Of a stretch of 64,000 nt of DNA, positions 49,045 to 59,596 are shown piece after piece. The position numbers and the translations under genes are program-made. The notes beneath the pieces are model-generated. The model saw only the letters and a list, made by a program, of their open reading frames with translations. It was not told the DNA's origin and did not search any database. Where the stretch lies: positions 928,001 to 992,000 of the forward strand of contig CAVUDW010000002.1 of assembly GCA_963740355.1 (NCBI GenBank), given 5' to 3'. Origin of the DNA: an uncultured Gemmatimonadaceae bacterium. GTDB taxonomy: Bacteria > Gemmatimonadota > Gemmatimonadetes > Gemmatimonadales > Gemmatimonadaceae. The first letter of the stretch is position 1, and each line of letters starts with the position of its first letter.

Positions 49045-49548
49045 TCAGGGCTGGATGATGCCGCCACCAGGACCGTCGCCAGAACTACTCGCTGCGCCAA
49101 CGCCCGCTGCGGCGATCGCGGCCAGCGCCACTGCGCCAAGCACCATCAGCACCGTGCGCTTCTTCGAGAAGGTGCGAACCTTCACGTCCTCGATGTAGGC
49201 GCGCGGCAGGGGCGTGGTGGTGCCGCTGGACTCGAATTTCTGGCGGCCCGTCGTGTACATGTTCTCGACCGAGAGCACCAGCGTGTCGGGTGTCGACCGC
49301 GACACCGTGCCATCCAGCTCCGTCACACCCTGACCGAGTGATGACGACAATGCCACTGTGCCGGCCAACGACAGCTTAACCGTCACCGGTGTGGGGGCGG
49401 GCAGCGCGACATTGGTGGTCGGCACGTACGCGTAACAGCCCGTCATCGAACAGGTCGAGACGAACCACAGGGATACCGCGATCAAACGCCGGGCCGCGAT
49501 GTTCCGCGGCCCGGCGTTGATGGAGCGGTGAGGCTCCGCAATGATCAC
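49045..49548 (-). CDS. Hypothetical lipoprotein downstream of susD
   Basis: Lipobox MTGC, beta-rich core, C-terminal hydrophobic helix. Overlaps the susD stop. Confidence 0.65.
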   Translation of the reverse strand: MIIAEPHRSINAGPRNIAARRLIAVSLWFVSTCSMTGCYAYVPTTNVALPAPTPVTVKLSLAGTVALSSSLGQGVTELDGTVSRSTPDTLVLSVENMYTTGRQKFESSGTTTPLPRAYIEDVKVRTFSKKRTVLMVLGAVALAAIAAAGVGAASSSGDGPGGGIIQP

Positions 49549-50930
49549 GGCTTACACGCCGCTGGCCTGTCTTGCGCCGGCTGCGGGGCGAGCTTGTTCT
49601 GCGTTGCTTCGTCGAAGCTGATCGGGAAGAAGCAGGGGCGCTTGGTGGCACCGTTCTGCGACAACCAGCGATCAGCATTCTGCTGGAAGCGGTAGTGATC
49701 GTGCAAGCGACGACCCTGCATGAAGAGTCCGACACGACGCTCATGGATCAGCATGTCCTGCGCTGCAGGGGTGCCACTCCATGCCGGCTTGCCGTTGATG
49801 GCGCGCGCGGCATTGATGTTCGTCGTGAAGCCCGCCGTGTTGCCAGCGGCGAGAGCCGCCTCGGCGAGGATCAGGTACATCTCACGTGCGGACGTCAGCG
49901 TGTAGCCAAGGAACTGGCCACTGGACTGACGGCAGCAGGCGTCGATGGCTGCGGCCAACGTGGCATCGGGAGTTCCAGTGACCGGATCGGTCAGCTTGAT
50001 CCCGGCGATGCCCGCCGTCACAACCGTCTGCGTGCCGTTCACGTACGGCGCACCGGCACGAAGTTCGAGACGCTGGTTGATCTCGAAGCCGGTGTTGAAA
50101 TAGCCGCCGTTGTTCTGCGCGGTCGACGTCAACTTGTACGTGTAGGACGCAGAGCCCATCGCTGCCAGCGCGGCAGTGGCGTCGGCAGTCACGCCGGCGT
50201 CATTGACGAGTGGAGCTGCCGGGTATCCGCGCGGTGCGCGCAACTTCGCCCAGATCACCTTGCTGTACCGCGCCCGTGTCCGCAGCCCGAGTGCCTGCTT
50301 CTGGAGCTCAGCGTTGTTGATCGTGGTGGCCAGTGCACTGGCCTTGGTGAAGTACGCGATGGCGGAGTCGAGGGTGATCTGCATGTTCGCAGGTCCAACC
50401 GAGGCGGTCGCAACCGTGCGATCCGACCCGATGATGAAGTCCTCGTAGTTCTCGCCGATGAACAGGTACGCCGTGCCGGCAAAGATGTAGGCACGGACGA
50501 GGTCCGATCGCGACGGCAGTGTTGCACCGAAGGCCTCGAGCTTGGCCACCGAGTAGTCACCCTGCCAGCGTGCGGCAGCGATATACGGGAAGGTGCCGTT
50601 CGAATACTCGTTGACCGGATCGCCGATGTCGCCACCGTCGAGCAGGTTCCAGTACTCGCGCGAGCCGGCCCACTGGAGTTCATCCGAGGCAGCGCCGGAG
50701 ATACCAACCAGCCCATTGACGGCCAGCTGGAGTGACCCGCCGAGACCGTTCACCAACGACGCAGCGGCGGTGGGATCGCTGAGCGCTTCCTCCGTCACGG
50801 CGTTGGTATTCGACACGTTGGTGTCGAACAGGCCACAACCGGCCAGCATCGTGCTGGCGCCCAGAAGCAGGGCGCCGGCTCGCAGCTGTCGGGTGCGGAA
50901 CGTCAGGAACTGCTTGAATCGAGTCTGCAT
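49545..50930 (-). CDS. RagB/SusD family lipoprotein
   Basis: Lipobox LAGC, EMYLILAEAAL, ERRVGLFMQGRRLHDHYRF, FPISFDE. Confidence 0.88.
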   Translation of the reverse strand: MQTRFKQFLTFRTRQLRAGALLLGASTMLAGCGLFDTNVSNTNAVTEEALSDPTAAASLVNGLGGSLQLAVNGLVGISGAASDELQWAGSREYWNLLDGGDIGDPVNEYSNGTFPYIAAARWQGDYSVAKLEAFGATLPSRSDLVRAYIFAGTAYLFIGENYEDFIIGSDRTVATASVGPANMQITLDSAIAYFTKASALATTINNAELQKQALGLRTRARYSKVIWAKLRAPRGYPAAPLVNDAGVTADATAALAAMGSASYTYKLTSTAQNNGGYFNTGFEINQRLELRAGAPYVNGTQTVVTAGIAGIKLTDPVTGTPDATLAAAIDACCRQSSGQFLGYTLTSAREMYLILAEAALAAGNTAGFTTNINAARAINGKPAWSGTPAAQDMLIHERRVGLFMQGRRLHDHYRFQQNADRWLSQNGATKRPCFFPISFDEATQNKLAPQPAQDRPAACKP

Positions 50931-50948
50931 GATTCTGTCCGCCCCCCG

Positions 50949-53900
50949 TTAGAAGCCGAAGTTGACTGAGAAGGAAAAGCGACGCGGAACCGGCACACCG
51001 AACGCTTCCGTGCTGGCGAGGAAGTTCTGGTCGAGGGTCGATGCCGTACGGTCGATGGCATTGACCTCCGGATCCACGCCCGGATAGTTCGTGAAGAGGA
51101 GCAGGTTACGGCCGGCGGCCGTGATGCTCATCGTGCGCGCGCCAAGCTTGCCGGCGAGCGTCGGGCTGAAGTCATACGTCAGCGCCAGTTCGCGCCAGCG
51201 CATGAACGTGCCATCCTGGCCCTGGTTCAGGCCCGGCTCGAGCAGGCGACGGTACTTCGTCACGTACTCCTGCGCGGCGGCGAGACGCTGTTCCGGCGTC
51301 GAGGCCGGGTTCAGGATCGTCGAGTGGATGTTCGAGAACTCGATGCGGTTCGAGCCGATCGACGGGTGCTGCGACAAGCGGAAGCCGTCGGTCAGGTTCT
51401 GCACCTTGTAGCCGGTGCGGTACTCGAACAGCGTCTGCACGCGCCAGTTCTTCTTGAAGCGATACGTACCGCCGATGGCTCCAGTCCAATCCGGGAACAC
51501 ATCGCCGTTGCGCTGCTCGAAGAGGATGCCGGTGCCCTGATAGTCCGCCAGCAGCGGCTGCAGGGTGCTCTGCACGCCAGAGTTCAGCAGGTCGCGCGGC
51601 GTGGCGAAGTAGGCGAGGAGTTCTGCCTGCGTCGCAGCGGTGCCACGGCCGTTGTAGTTGATCGGTGCTTCCGTTGCCGGGTTGTAGCAGGCGATCGGCT
51701 TGCCAGCCTTGTTCGTGCCCGGTCCACCCGACGGGCAGGCCGTGGCGAGCAGCGGCTCATAGATCGAGCCGAGCGGATCGCCTTCCTTGAGGAAGCCGCG
51801 ATAGCGGAAGTAACCGACCTTGATCGGCGGTGCGCCGCCGAGGCTGGTCAACGTCTGCTTCAGGTACGCCGCGTTCGCGAACAACTCGAGGGAGCTGGTG
51901 GCGGTGCGGATCGGGAACACGCGCAGGTTGAGCTCGAGACCGCTGCCATCGATCTGGCCGATGTTGACGAGCTGTGAGTTGCGGAAACCACCCGAGCCCG
52001 GGAACTGACGGGAGACGAGTGCATCCTTCACCTTGCGATTCCAGTAGGTGAATTCGAGGGCCAGCTTGTTATCGAACAAGCCCGCTTCGAAACCACCTTC
52101 GAGTTCGGTCGAGATTTCCGGCTTCAGGTCTTCGCTGCCGAGGTTCTGCGGGGCGAGACCGGCGCCGGCTTCCGACGTCAGCGGCTGGAACGTGGTGAAC
52201 TTGTCGAACGCGCCCGGCTGGCGACCAGACTGGCCGAGGGCGGCGCGGAAGCGCAACGTCGACAGCGTGGTCGAGCTCCACGACTTGCGATCGGACGGCA
52301 CGACGGAGAGCGAGACCTTCGGATAGAACACACCCGGTGAGCTTTCACCGAAGGCGCTCGAGAAGTCATAACGACCACCCACGGTACCGAAGATCCAGTC
52401 GCGGAAGCCGAGCTGCGTCTGGCCGAAGTAGCCACCGTTGATCGTCGTCTGCAGGAATTCGCCGTTCGTGATCGCGGTACCACCGGCACCGACGACTTCA
52501 ATGCCCGGGCCCGGGAACGCCTGCGAGTTGGCGCTGGTGGTCTTCTGGTTGGTATTGAAGACCTGCAAGCCACCCACCGTCGACGTCGTCCAGCTCGACC
52601 CGATCGGCTTGTTGTACGCAACCTTGGCATCGAGCGTCCCGACGCGCGTGTTGTCGTTGAACACGCTACGGGCGCCGGTCACGGTCTGCGACGTGAAGTT
52701 GTCCACGTTGTAGCCGAAACGCGAGAAGCCGATGTCGCGACCAGCCGAGTAGTCGTAACCGACCGTGGCGCTGTAGGTCAGGTTCGGCGTCTGGTTGTAC
52801 GACATGTCGAGCGAGCCGAGATAACGGGACACGTTGGACTCGTTGATCTGGCCCATCGCCTCACGCACCGTCATGAACGCCTGGTTGCCGAACAGGTTGC
52901 CGGCACCGGAGCACACGCCGGGGCTGACCAACGTCGAGGCGTTGCAGTTCGCCAGTTCCGGGCGGGCCATGAAGGCCAGCGAGTTGACGCCGTAGATGTT
53001 GTTGTTCGTCTCGGGCGTCTTGTTCGCGATGTTGTAGTAATTGTTGTTGAACCGCATCCGGAAGTTCTTGAACGGCGTCAGCGTGAGGTTCGCCGACGTC
53101 TGGATGCGCTTGATCTGGTCCGTGGCGACACCGAGCTGCTTGCCACCGAACGGGCCATCTTCTGCGAAGTAGCGACCGCTGGCGAAGTACGTGACTGCGC
53201 CACCACCACCTGTCACGTTGCCGCCGAGGGCCGTGCCCATGCCGGTTTCAGTCAGGTTGTCCTGGAACACCTTCGTCGTGAACGGCACGAACGGGGTGAT
53301 CGTGCGGCCGTAGAACAGCGAGAGCGAATCGGCCTGGCTCTGACGACGGGCGAAGCCGGAGTTCGGCGCGACTCGGTCAGGGAAGGTGATGGCGTCCTGC
53401 TGTGCGCTGAAGGCCCAGCGCGGGGCGCCCTGTGAACCGACCTTGGTGAAGATCTGGATCACGCCGTTGGAGGCTTCGGTGCCGTAGAGCGTGGCAGCCG
53501 CAGCGCCCTTGAGGACTTCGACGCGCTCGATCGTGTTCGGATCGATGTCGTCCAGTCGGGTCATGGCACCACCACCACCGCCGCCACCGCTGGCGCCGTT
53601 GTTCATGCGGACGCCGTCGATGAAGATGATCGGCTCGTTCGACTGCGAGAGCGAGGAGTTGCCGCGGATGCGGATCTGCGCGCCCTGACCGCTCAAGCCA
53701 CCACCGACGACGCCGACGAGGCCCGGCTCGCGTGCGGTGAGGAGGTTCGAGATGTCGTTGATCGGGGCATTGGCCGGCGGCGCAATGACGGCGACCGTGT
53801 TGCCGAGACGCTTCGTCTCGGTCTTCTGGCCGGAGCCAGTGACAACGACCTGGTTGAGCTGAATCGCCGAGGTGGAGAGGGCGAAGTCAGCACGGGCGGT

Positions 53901-54221
53901 CTGCCCGGCAGTGAGCGTGATCGACTTCGACGCCGGCGTGTAGCCGAGCGCTCGGACACGGACGAGGACCGTTCTCGAACCACCAGTCACCGGCACACCG
54001 ACGATGCGGTAGGTGCCCTGTGCGTTGGTCAGTCCGCCAAGCCGGGTGTCCTGAATGAACACGGACACGGCTTCCAGACCCCGTGTCGATGCTCCGTCAG
54101 ACACTTTTCCTTCGATGATTGCTGTCGCGTTCTGCGCCTGCACGGTCGGAGCGGCCAGAGCCAGTCCTCCCGCCAAACCAGTTGCCGACAGCACACGTCC
54201 AACCCACGCGATACGTCGCAT
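50949..54221 (-). CDS. SusC/RagA family TonB-dependent receptor
   Basis: IRIRGNSSL, PIIFIDG, IERVEVLKGAAAATLYG..ASNGVIQIFTK, YPGVDPE, C-terminal F. Confidence 0.95.
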   Translation of the reverse strand: MRRIAWVGRVLSATGLAGGLALAAPTVQAQNATAIIEGKVSDGASTRGLEAVSVFIQDTRLGGLTNAQGTYRIVGVPVTGGSRTVLVRVRALGYTPASKSITLTAGQTARADFALSTSAIQLNQVVVTGSGQKTETKRLGNTVAVIAPPANAPINDISNLLTAREPGLVGVVGGGLSGQGAQIRIRGNSSLSQSNEPIIFIDGVRMNNGASGGGGGGGAMTRLDDIDPNTIERVEVLKGAAAATLYGTEASNGVIQIFTKVGSQGAPRWAFSAQQDAITFPDRVAPNSGFARRQSQADSLSLFYGRTITPFVPFTTKVFQDNLTETGMGTALGGNVTGGGGAVTYFASGRYFAEDGPFGGKQLGVATDQIKRIQTSANLTLTPFKNFRMRFNNNYYNIANKTPETNNNIYGVNSLAFMARPELANCNASTLVSPGVCSGAGNLFGNQAFMTVREAMGQINESNVSRYLGSLDMSYNQTPNLTYSATVGYDYSAGRDIGFSRFGYNVDNFTSQTVTGARSVFNDNTRVGTLDAKVAYNKPIGSSWTTSTVGGLQVFNTNQKTTSANSQAFPGPGIEVVGAGGTAITNGEFLQTTINGGYFGQTQLGFRDWIFGTVGGRYDFSSAFGESSPGVFYPKVSLSVVPSDRKSWSSTTLSTLRFRAALGQSGRQPGAFDKFTTFQPLTSEAGAGLAPQNLGSEDLKPEISTELEGGFEAGLFDNKLALEFTYWNRKVKDALVSRQFPGSGGFRNSQLVNIGQIDGSGLELNLRVFPIRTATSSLELFANAAYLKQTLTSLGGAPPIKVGYFRYRGFLKEGDPLGSIYEPLLATACPSGGPGTNKAGKPIACYNPATEAPINYNGRGTAATQAELLAYFATPRDLLNSGVQSTLQPLLADYQGTGILFEQRNGDVFPDWTGAIGGTYRFKKNWRVQTLFEYRTGYKVQNLTDGFRLSQHPSIGSNRIEFSNIHSTILNPASTPEQRLAAAQEYVTKYRRLLEPGLNQGQDGTFMRWRELALTYDFSPTLAGKLGARTMSITAAGRNLLLFTNYPGVDPEVNAIDRTASTLDQNFLASTEAFGVPVPRRFSFSVNFGF

Positions 54222-54525
54222 TCGGGCCTCCGCTTACGCCTGCTGGGTGGGTCACGCCTATGCCAGGCCTGCGTCGGCCTGTGTGAACCTGAGGTTCTAC
54301 TGATGTTTTTACGCGTCTGGGAAACTTTTCGCAACTCGTCGGGTAAGCCCCGACGCGACAATCCGCCCTGCGCGGTCCGGGTCGTTACGCGCGACCGCGA
54401 TTTTCCCTTACAGGGGCTGGGAATCGGCGCAAAATGTTAATGGCGGCGTCATGAATGCGCGCCGTCGGCAGGACGCCGATTTCAGGCGACGCGGGTAACC
54501 GTCGCCCCATTCCCCGACAGCGGGC

Positions 54526-54705
54526 TCAGCAGCAGCGCGAGCCGGGCCGGCTGTACCGCGCCTCGAGCCGATTTTGAGCGAACTCTGCCGGAGTCATCAG
54601 CGCGCAGCCTGGGTGACGTGCCGCCATGTGCCGGACATAGCGCTCGTAATCCGGCACGCCGATCACGGTGCGCAGGATGCGAATCCATTCTCGAACCCGT
54701 TGCAT
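54526..54705 (-). CDS. YbdD/YjiX (DUF466) family protein
   Basis: 59 aa: [12 protein letters not shown]...HP...RCC. Start overlaps the corrected cstA stop. Confidence 0.88.
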   Translation of the reverse strand: MQRVREWIRILRTVIGVPDYERYVRHMAARHPGCALMTPAEFAQNRLEARYSRPGSRCC

Positions 54706-56772
54706 CAGTCGGCCGCGAACAGGGTGACCGACTGCGCCGCCACTTCGCTGCTCGCCAGCGGCGCCTTGCCTCCCACGACCCGGACCCAGGTTCGGACCGA
54801 TTCGAACACAATCACGATCACCGAGATCAAGAAGAATGCCGCCACGGCCGCATCCAGACGGTCGTTGAATACCATCCGTGGCATCGCGGCCAACGATGGC
54901 ACCCCAGGCGGCAAGCGTGCCGGCGGCGTGCAGCGCGCTGAATTTCGTCGCATGGGCGAGGAACCCGATCCGCGGATCGGCGCTGAACAGCTTCTGCCAG
55001 CCTGCCGTCATCACCACGATCAGCAACCACGACAGCGGCAGGATGGTGGTCCAGGCATACCGCGCCTTCCCCATGCGGATGATCACGGTCGTGCCTACGC
55101 ACAGGGCGACCGCGGCGAGCAACTGGTTCGCCATCCCGAACAACGGCCAGAGCGAGTTGATGCCACCGAGCGGGTCGGTCACGCCCTGATAGAGAAAATA
55201 GCCCCACAACGCGACGAAAATCGCACTCGCCATCCAGACCGCTGGCTGCCAGGTGACGTCGCGGAATCTGGGCCACACCTGCCCGCCCAGGTCCTGCAAC
55301 ATGAACCGGCCGACTCGGGTGCCGGCATCGAGCGTGGTGAGGATGAAGAGTGCCTCGAACATGATCGCGAAATGATACCAGAGCGCCATGCCGCCTCCGC
55401 CCAGCGCGCGGTCGAAGAGGTGCGCCATGCCCACGGCCAGTGACGGCGCCCCGCCGGTGCGACTGAGCAGCGTGCTCTCGCCGACACTCTTGGCCAGTGC
55501 ATCCATCTCACCGGGCTGGAGCACGAAGCCCCATTGCTGCACCGCCAGCGCCGCGCTTTCGGCCGTCGTGCCAAGGGCCGCGACGGGGGCATTGATGGCG
55601 AAGTACACGCCGGGAGTCAGCACACAGGCCGCGATCAAGGCCATGATCGCCACCAGCGATTCCGTCAGCATCGCCCCGTACCCGACCAGCTTCGCATCCG
55701 GCTCGCTCGACAGCAGCTTCGGCGTGGTGCCGCTGGCGATCAGGGAGTGAAAACCACTGATCGCGCCGCAGGCAATCGTGATGAACACGAATGGAAACAC
55801 CTTGCCACTGAAGACCGGACCGGTGCCGTCGATGAACTGCGTCACCGCAGGCATCGACAACGGTGGCAGCACCAGCAGGATGCCCACGGCCAGCGCCACC
55901 ACCACGCCGATCTTCACGAACGCGCTCAGGTAATCGCGCGGCGCCAGCAGCAGCCAGACGGGCAGTACGCTGGCGGCAAACCCATAGGCCATGATCAGGA
56001 GCGCGATCGCCGGACCGCTGAGTGTGAACATCGGTGCCAGCGCAGGATTGGCCGCCACCCACTGCCCGGCCCACAGCGCACCGGCCAGCATCACCAGCCC
56101 GATCGCACTCGCCTCGAGCACCTTGTCGGGCCGCAGATACCGCAGATACAGCCCCATGAACATCGCGATCGGAATCGTGAGGCTGATGGTGACGGTGCCC
56201 CACGGACTCGACTTGAGCGCATTCACCACCACCAGCGCCAGCACCGAGATCAGCACCACCATGATGCCCAGCACGGCGACCAACGCCGTGATCCCGGCCA
56301 CCGGCCCGATTTCATCCTTCGCCATCTGGCCGAGGGATCGTCCATCACGCCGCACCGAGGCGCAGAGGATCACGAAATCCTGCACGGCGCCGCCAAGTAC
56401 CACACCGATGACGATCCAGAGCGCGCCCGGCAGGTATCCGAACTGCGCCGCCAGTGTGGGGCCCACCAACGGTCCGGGGCCTGCAATCGCCGCGAAGTGA
56501 TGTCCGAACACCACCCACTTGTTGGTCGGCACGAAATCGTGGCCATCCGACTTCCGCACCGCTGGTGTGGCGCGGTCGGCATCGAGGGCGAAGATCTTCG
56601 TCGCGATGAACCGCGCATAGAAGCGGTAGCCGACGAGGTAGGTACAGATCGCCGCCGTCAGCAGCCAGGCCGCGTTGATGCTTTCGCCGCGGGAGAGGGC
56701 GATGCGACCAAGCGCACCGGCACCGATGGCCGCAATCAGACCCCAGAGGACAACAGTTCGGGCAGTGCGCAT
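54705..56772 (-). CDS. cstA: Carbon starvation protein A peptide/pyruvate transporter (frameshift near 54913)
   Basis: [43 protein letters not shown]. The C-terminal FNDRLDA is in the adjacent frame. Confidence 0.95.
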
Positions 56773-56944
56773 GGGACGGGAAGCAGGGAGCCAACACGTT
56801 CGAAGCGCCGTGACGGTACCCGGCGGTCACACATCCCGGCAAGGCGTGCGATACAAGCCGCCGCCGAACTGCCTGTGAATCATGATCCTGAACCTGCGCC
56901 GCCGAGCCGACTATCTTCCGGCCATGTCTCTGCGCCCCCACGCC

Positions 56945-57673
56945 ATGCGCCATCTCGCCGCCCTGCTGCCTGCCTGTGCTCTTCTTTGCGCAGCCTGTGG
57001 TGGATCGCCCAAGCCAACCTCGGCTCCGACGCCCGAGCCGGCCACGGCCGCGATGCGCGATACGACGCGCGCCACCGAGCCGACGCAGCCGACATCGTCG
57101 GCGCCGCGGCCGCCGCTGCCGCCGCCGGTCTTCGGTGAATACGCCTCGCGCATGGTGGTGGTGTTTCCGCTGCAGAAGTATGCGGTTGGCGACTCCGGCT
57201 GGATCGCGGCATCGAGCACCAATGGCCGTCCGCGGGCGGCGCAGCTGGATTCCGCGCTGACCGCCGTGTTGCGGGATCGCGGGCTGGAAACCACCTGGTC
57301 GCTGACGCCGAACACGTCGAGGGTCGCGCAGCGCGAGGTGATGAATCGCACCGACCCGCGTGCGCTCTCGACCGCCGGCCTGGCGCCAAGCCGCCGTCGC
57401 AACGATGTCGACCTGCGCGAGCCGCTCTCCTCGCAGCTGCGCGCCATCATCGCCATGGTCCCTGAATCACGCCTCGTCCTCCTGCCGCTGGAGACGCGAG
57501 TGCTGACCACCGCCAACGGGATGAAGCAGGCGACGCTGCGCATCGCGTTCCTCGACGGCCGGATGGCGACGGTGCTGTCGTTTCCCGACGTGATCGGTGC
57601 GCCCGCCGCCGACGAAAAGGGGGCGCTGCTGGCCGTCGCCACCAAGTTCGCCGATCTGGTGATCGTGCCCTAG
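56945..57673 (+). CDS. Hypothetical lipoprotein
   Basis: Lipobox CAAC, Pro/Thr-rich linker, globular C-terminal region. Start uncertain (56882-56945). Confidence 0.7.
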   Translation: MRHLAALLPACALLCAACGGSPKPTSAPTPEPATAAMRDTTRATEPTQPTSSAPRPPLPPPVFGEYASRMVVVFPLQKYAVGDSGWIAASSTNGRPRAAQLDSALTAVLRDRGLETTWSLTPNTSRVAQREVMNRTDPRALSTAGLAPSRRRNDVDLREPLSSQLRAIIAMVPESRLVLLPLETRVLTTANGMKQATLRIAFLDGRMATVLSFPDVIGAPAADEKGALLAVATKFADLVIVP

Positions 57674-57740
57674 TCGCCGATCGCTGCCGACACTCGCTGC
57701 ACATTCCTCTCGTTTTCCCACCGCTTCCGTCCTGCACACT

Positions 57741-58754
57741 ATGTCCACCACAGTCACACTCATTCCCGGCGATGGCATCGGGCCCGACATCACGGAAGCC
57801 ACCATCCGCGTGCTCGAAGCGGTCGGGGCTGACCTGGTCTGGGATCGACAGATGGCCGGCGCCTCGGCGGCGGCGCGGTACAACGATCCGATTCCGGAAG
57901 CGACGCTGGATTCGATCAAGCGGAATCGCGTGGCGCTCAAGGGACCGCTCGAGACCCCCGTCGGTGAAGGCTACCGGTCGGTGAACGTGGCGATGCGAAA
58001 GACCTTCGACCTGTACGCCAATGTGCGCCCCGCGCATGTGATCCTGCACGGCGGACGATTCGAGAAGGTCGACATCGTGATCATCCGCGAGAACCTCGAA
58101 GGCCTGTACTACGGCGCCGAGCACTACATCCGGATCGGCGATGACCCGAAGGCCGCCGCGGAAAGTGTCGCGCTCATCACGCGATACGGGTCTGACCGCG
58201 CGATCCGGTATGCGTTCGAGTATGCCGTGAAGCATGGCCGCAAGAAGGTCACGCTGGTGCACAAGGCGAACATCCTCAAGTACACGCAAGGCCTCTTCCT
58301 CGATGTCGGTCGCGAGATCGCGAAGGAATACGCGGGGCGCGTGCAGTTCGAGGATCGCATCATCGACGCGATGGCGATGCAGCTGGTGCTGAAGCCAGAG
58401 AACTTCGATGTGATCGTGACCACCAACCTGTTCGGGGACATCCTCTCCGACCTGGTGTCGGGACTGGTGGGAGGCCTTGGCCTCGCGCCGGGGGCGAACA
58501 TCGGGCCGACGGCGGCGATCTTCGAGGCGGTGCATGGCACGGCGCCGGACATCGCAGGCAAGGGCGTGGCGAATCCGGGGGCGCTGATTCTCGCGGCCTG
58601 CCTGATGCTCGACCATCTCGGCGACACGGAACGGGCCGAGCGGATTCGCACGGCACTGCACGCCGTGATCGACGAACGGGTGTGGCTGACGCGTGATCTC
58701 GGCGGCACGGCGTCGACGCAGCAGTTTGCGGACGCCATCATCGCGAAGCTTTGA
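57741..58754 (+). CDS. icd: Isocitrate/isopropylmalate dehydrogenase family protein (NAD-IDH type)
   Basis: GDGIGP, LKGPLETPVGEGYRSVN, VHKANI, NLFGDILSD, FEAVHGTAPDIAG. Confidence 0.88.
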   Translation: MSTTVTLIPGDGIGPDITEATIRVLEAVGADLVWDRQMAGASAAARYNDPIPEATLDSIKRNRVALKGPLETPVGEGYRSVNVAMRKTFDLYANVRPAHVILHGGRFEKVDIVIIRENLEGLYYGAEHYIRIGDDPKAAAESVALITRYGSDRAIRYAFEYAVKHGRKKVTLVHKANILKYTQGLFLDVGREIAKEYAGRVQFEDRIIDAMAMQLVLKPENFDVIVTTNLFGDILSDLVSGLVGGLGLAPGANIGPTAAIFEAVHGTAPDIAGKGVANPGALILAACLMLDHLGDTERAERIRTALHAVIDERVWLTRDLGGTASTQQFADAIIAKL

Positions 58755-59596
58755 CGGAGGAAGGAGGCAAGCGCGTGACCCGAATCCTGCACGTCTCCGA
58801 CCTGCATTTCGGTCGACCCGCGGTCCCGCTGCAGATCGACGCCATCGAGGCCCTGATCCAGGACGAACAGTTCGATGTGGTCGCGATCAGCGGGGATGTG
58901 AGTCAGCGGGCGCGGGCGGGGGAGTTCCAGCGCGCGCAGGTCTTCCTGCGCGACGCGAGGAAGGTCAGTGAGACGATCGTGGTGCCCGGCAACCACGACG
59001 TGGCCTGGTGGAACGCACCGATGGGTATTGGTGACGTATCGGCACTATATGCCGACTACCGCGCCTTCATCGACGCCGAGACCGAGCCGGTGCTGGATGT
59101 GCCGGGGGCGCGCTTCGTCGGCCTCAACACCAGCCACGGCATCACGCGTCGCACGTTGACCTGGAACATGCGCGACCTGAGCGTGATCGGGGACGTGACC
59201 CGCTCGCAGCTGGATCGGATGCGCGAGCGCCTCGACGCGGTGCCGGCCGAGACGGCGCGGGTGGTGGTGATGCATCACAACCCGGTGCGTGGGGAACTGA
59301 GCCAGCGCCACGGCCTCAAGCACACCAAGAAGGTGCTGGGCGCCTTTGCCGAGATGGGCGTCGACCTCGTGCTCTGCGGTCATGACCATCAGGAGGCGAT
59401 TCATTTCGTGGAGCACACGAAGAAGGGCACCGTGATCTCGACCGCCGGCACGGTCAGCAGTCGTTCGCGTGGTGGTCGGTTGTCGAGTGTGAACTGCATC
59501 GACATCACGCCCGAGGAGATTCATATCGTGACGTGGATCTGGGAGCCGACGGCGCGCCGGTTCGGCCCAGGCCCGGTGAAGGTGTTCGCGCGGTGA
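58751..59596 (+). CDS. Calcineurin-like metallophosphoesterase
   Basis: SDLHFG, SGD, PGNHD, MHHNP, CGHDH. Confidence 0.9.
   Translation: MTEEGGKRVTRILHVSDLHFGRPAVPLQIDAIEALIQDEQFDVVAISGDVSQRARAGEFQRAQVFLRDARKVSETIVVPGNHDVAWWNAPMGIGDVSALYADYRAFIDAETEPVLDVPGARFVGLNTSHGITRRTLTWNMRDLSVIGDVTRSQLDRMRERLDAVPAETARVVVMHHNPVRGELSQRHGLKHTKKVLGAFAEMGVDLVLCGHDHQEAIHFVEHTKKGTVISTAGTVSSRSRGGRLSSVNCIDITPEEIHIVTWIWEPTARRFGPGPVKVFAR

Noticed and set aside
54250..54270. sigma54 promoter upstream of susC (minus strand TGGCATAGGCGTGAC)
   Set aside because: The -12 GC dinucleotide is absent.
54526..54705. Possible selenoprotein read-through in YbdD/DUF466 (ends at TGA)
   Set aside because: The protein already ends RCC with two Cys codons, which is the Cys form of the family, so the TGA is best read as a stop.
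54526..56772. Apparent CstA-YbdD fusion protein (748 aa)
   Set aside because: It is produced by a single-base frameshift near 54913. The normal CstA C-terminus and a separate ybdD start are both present.
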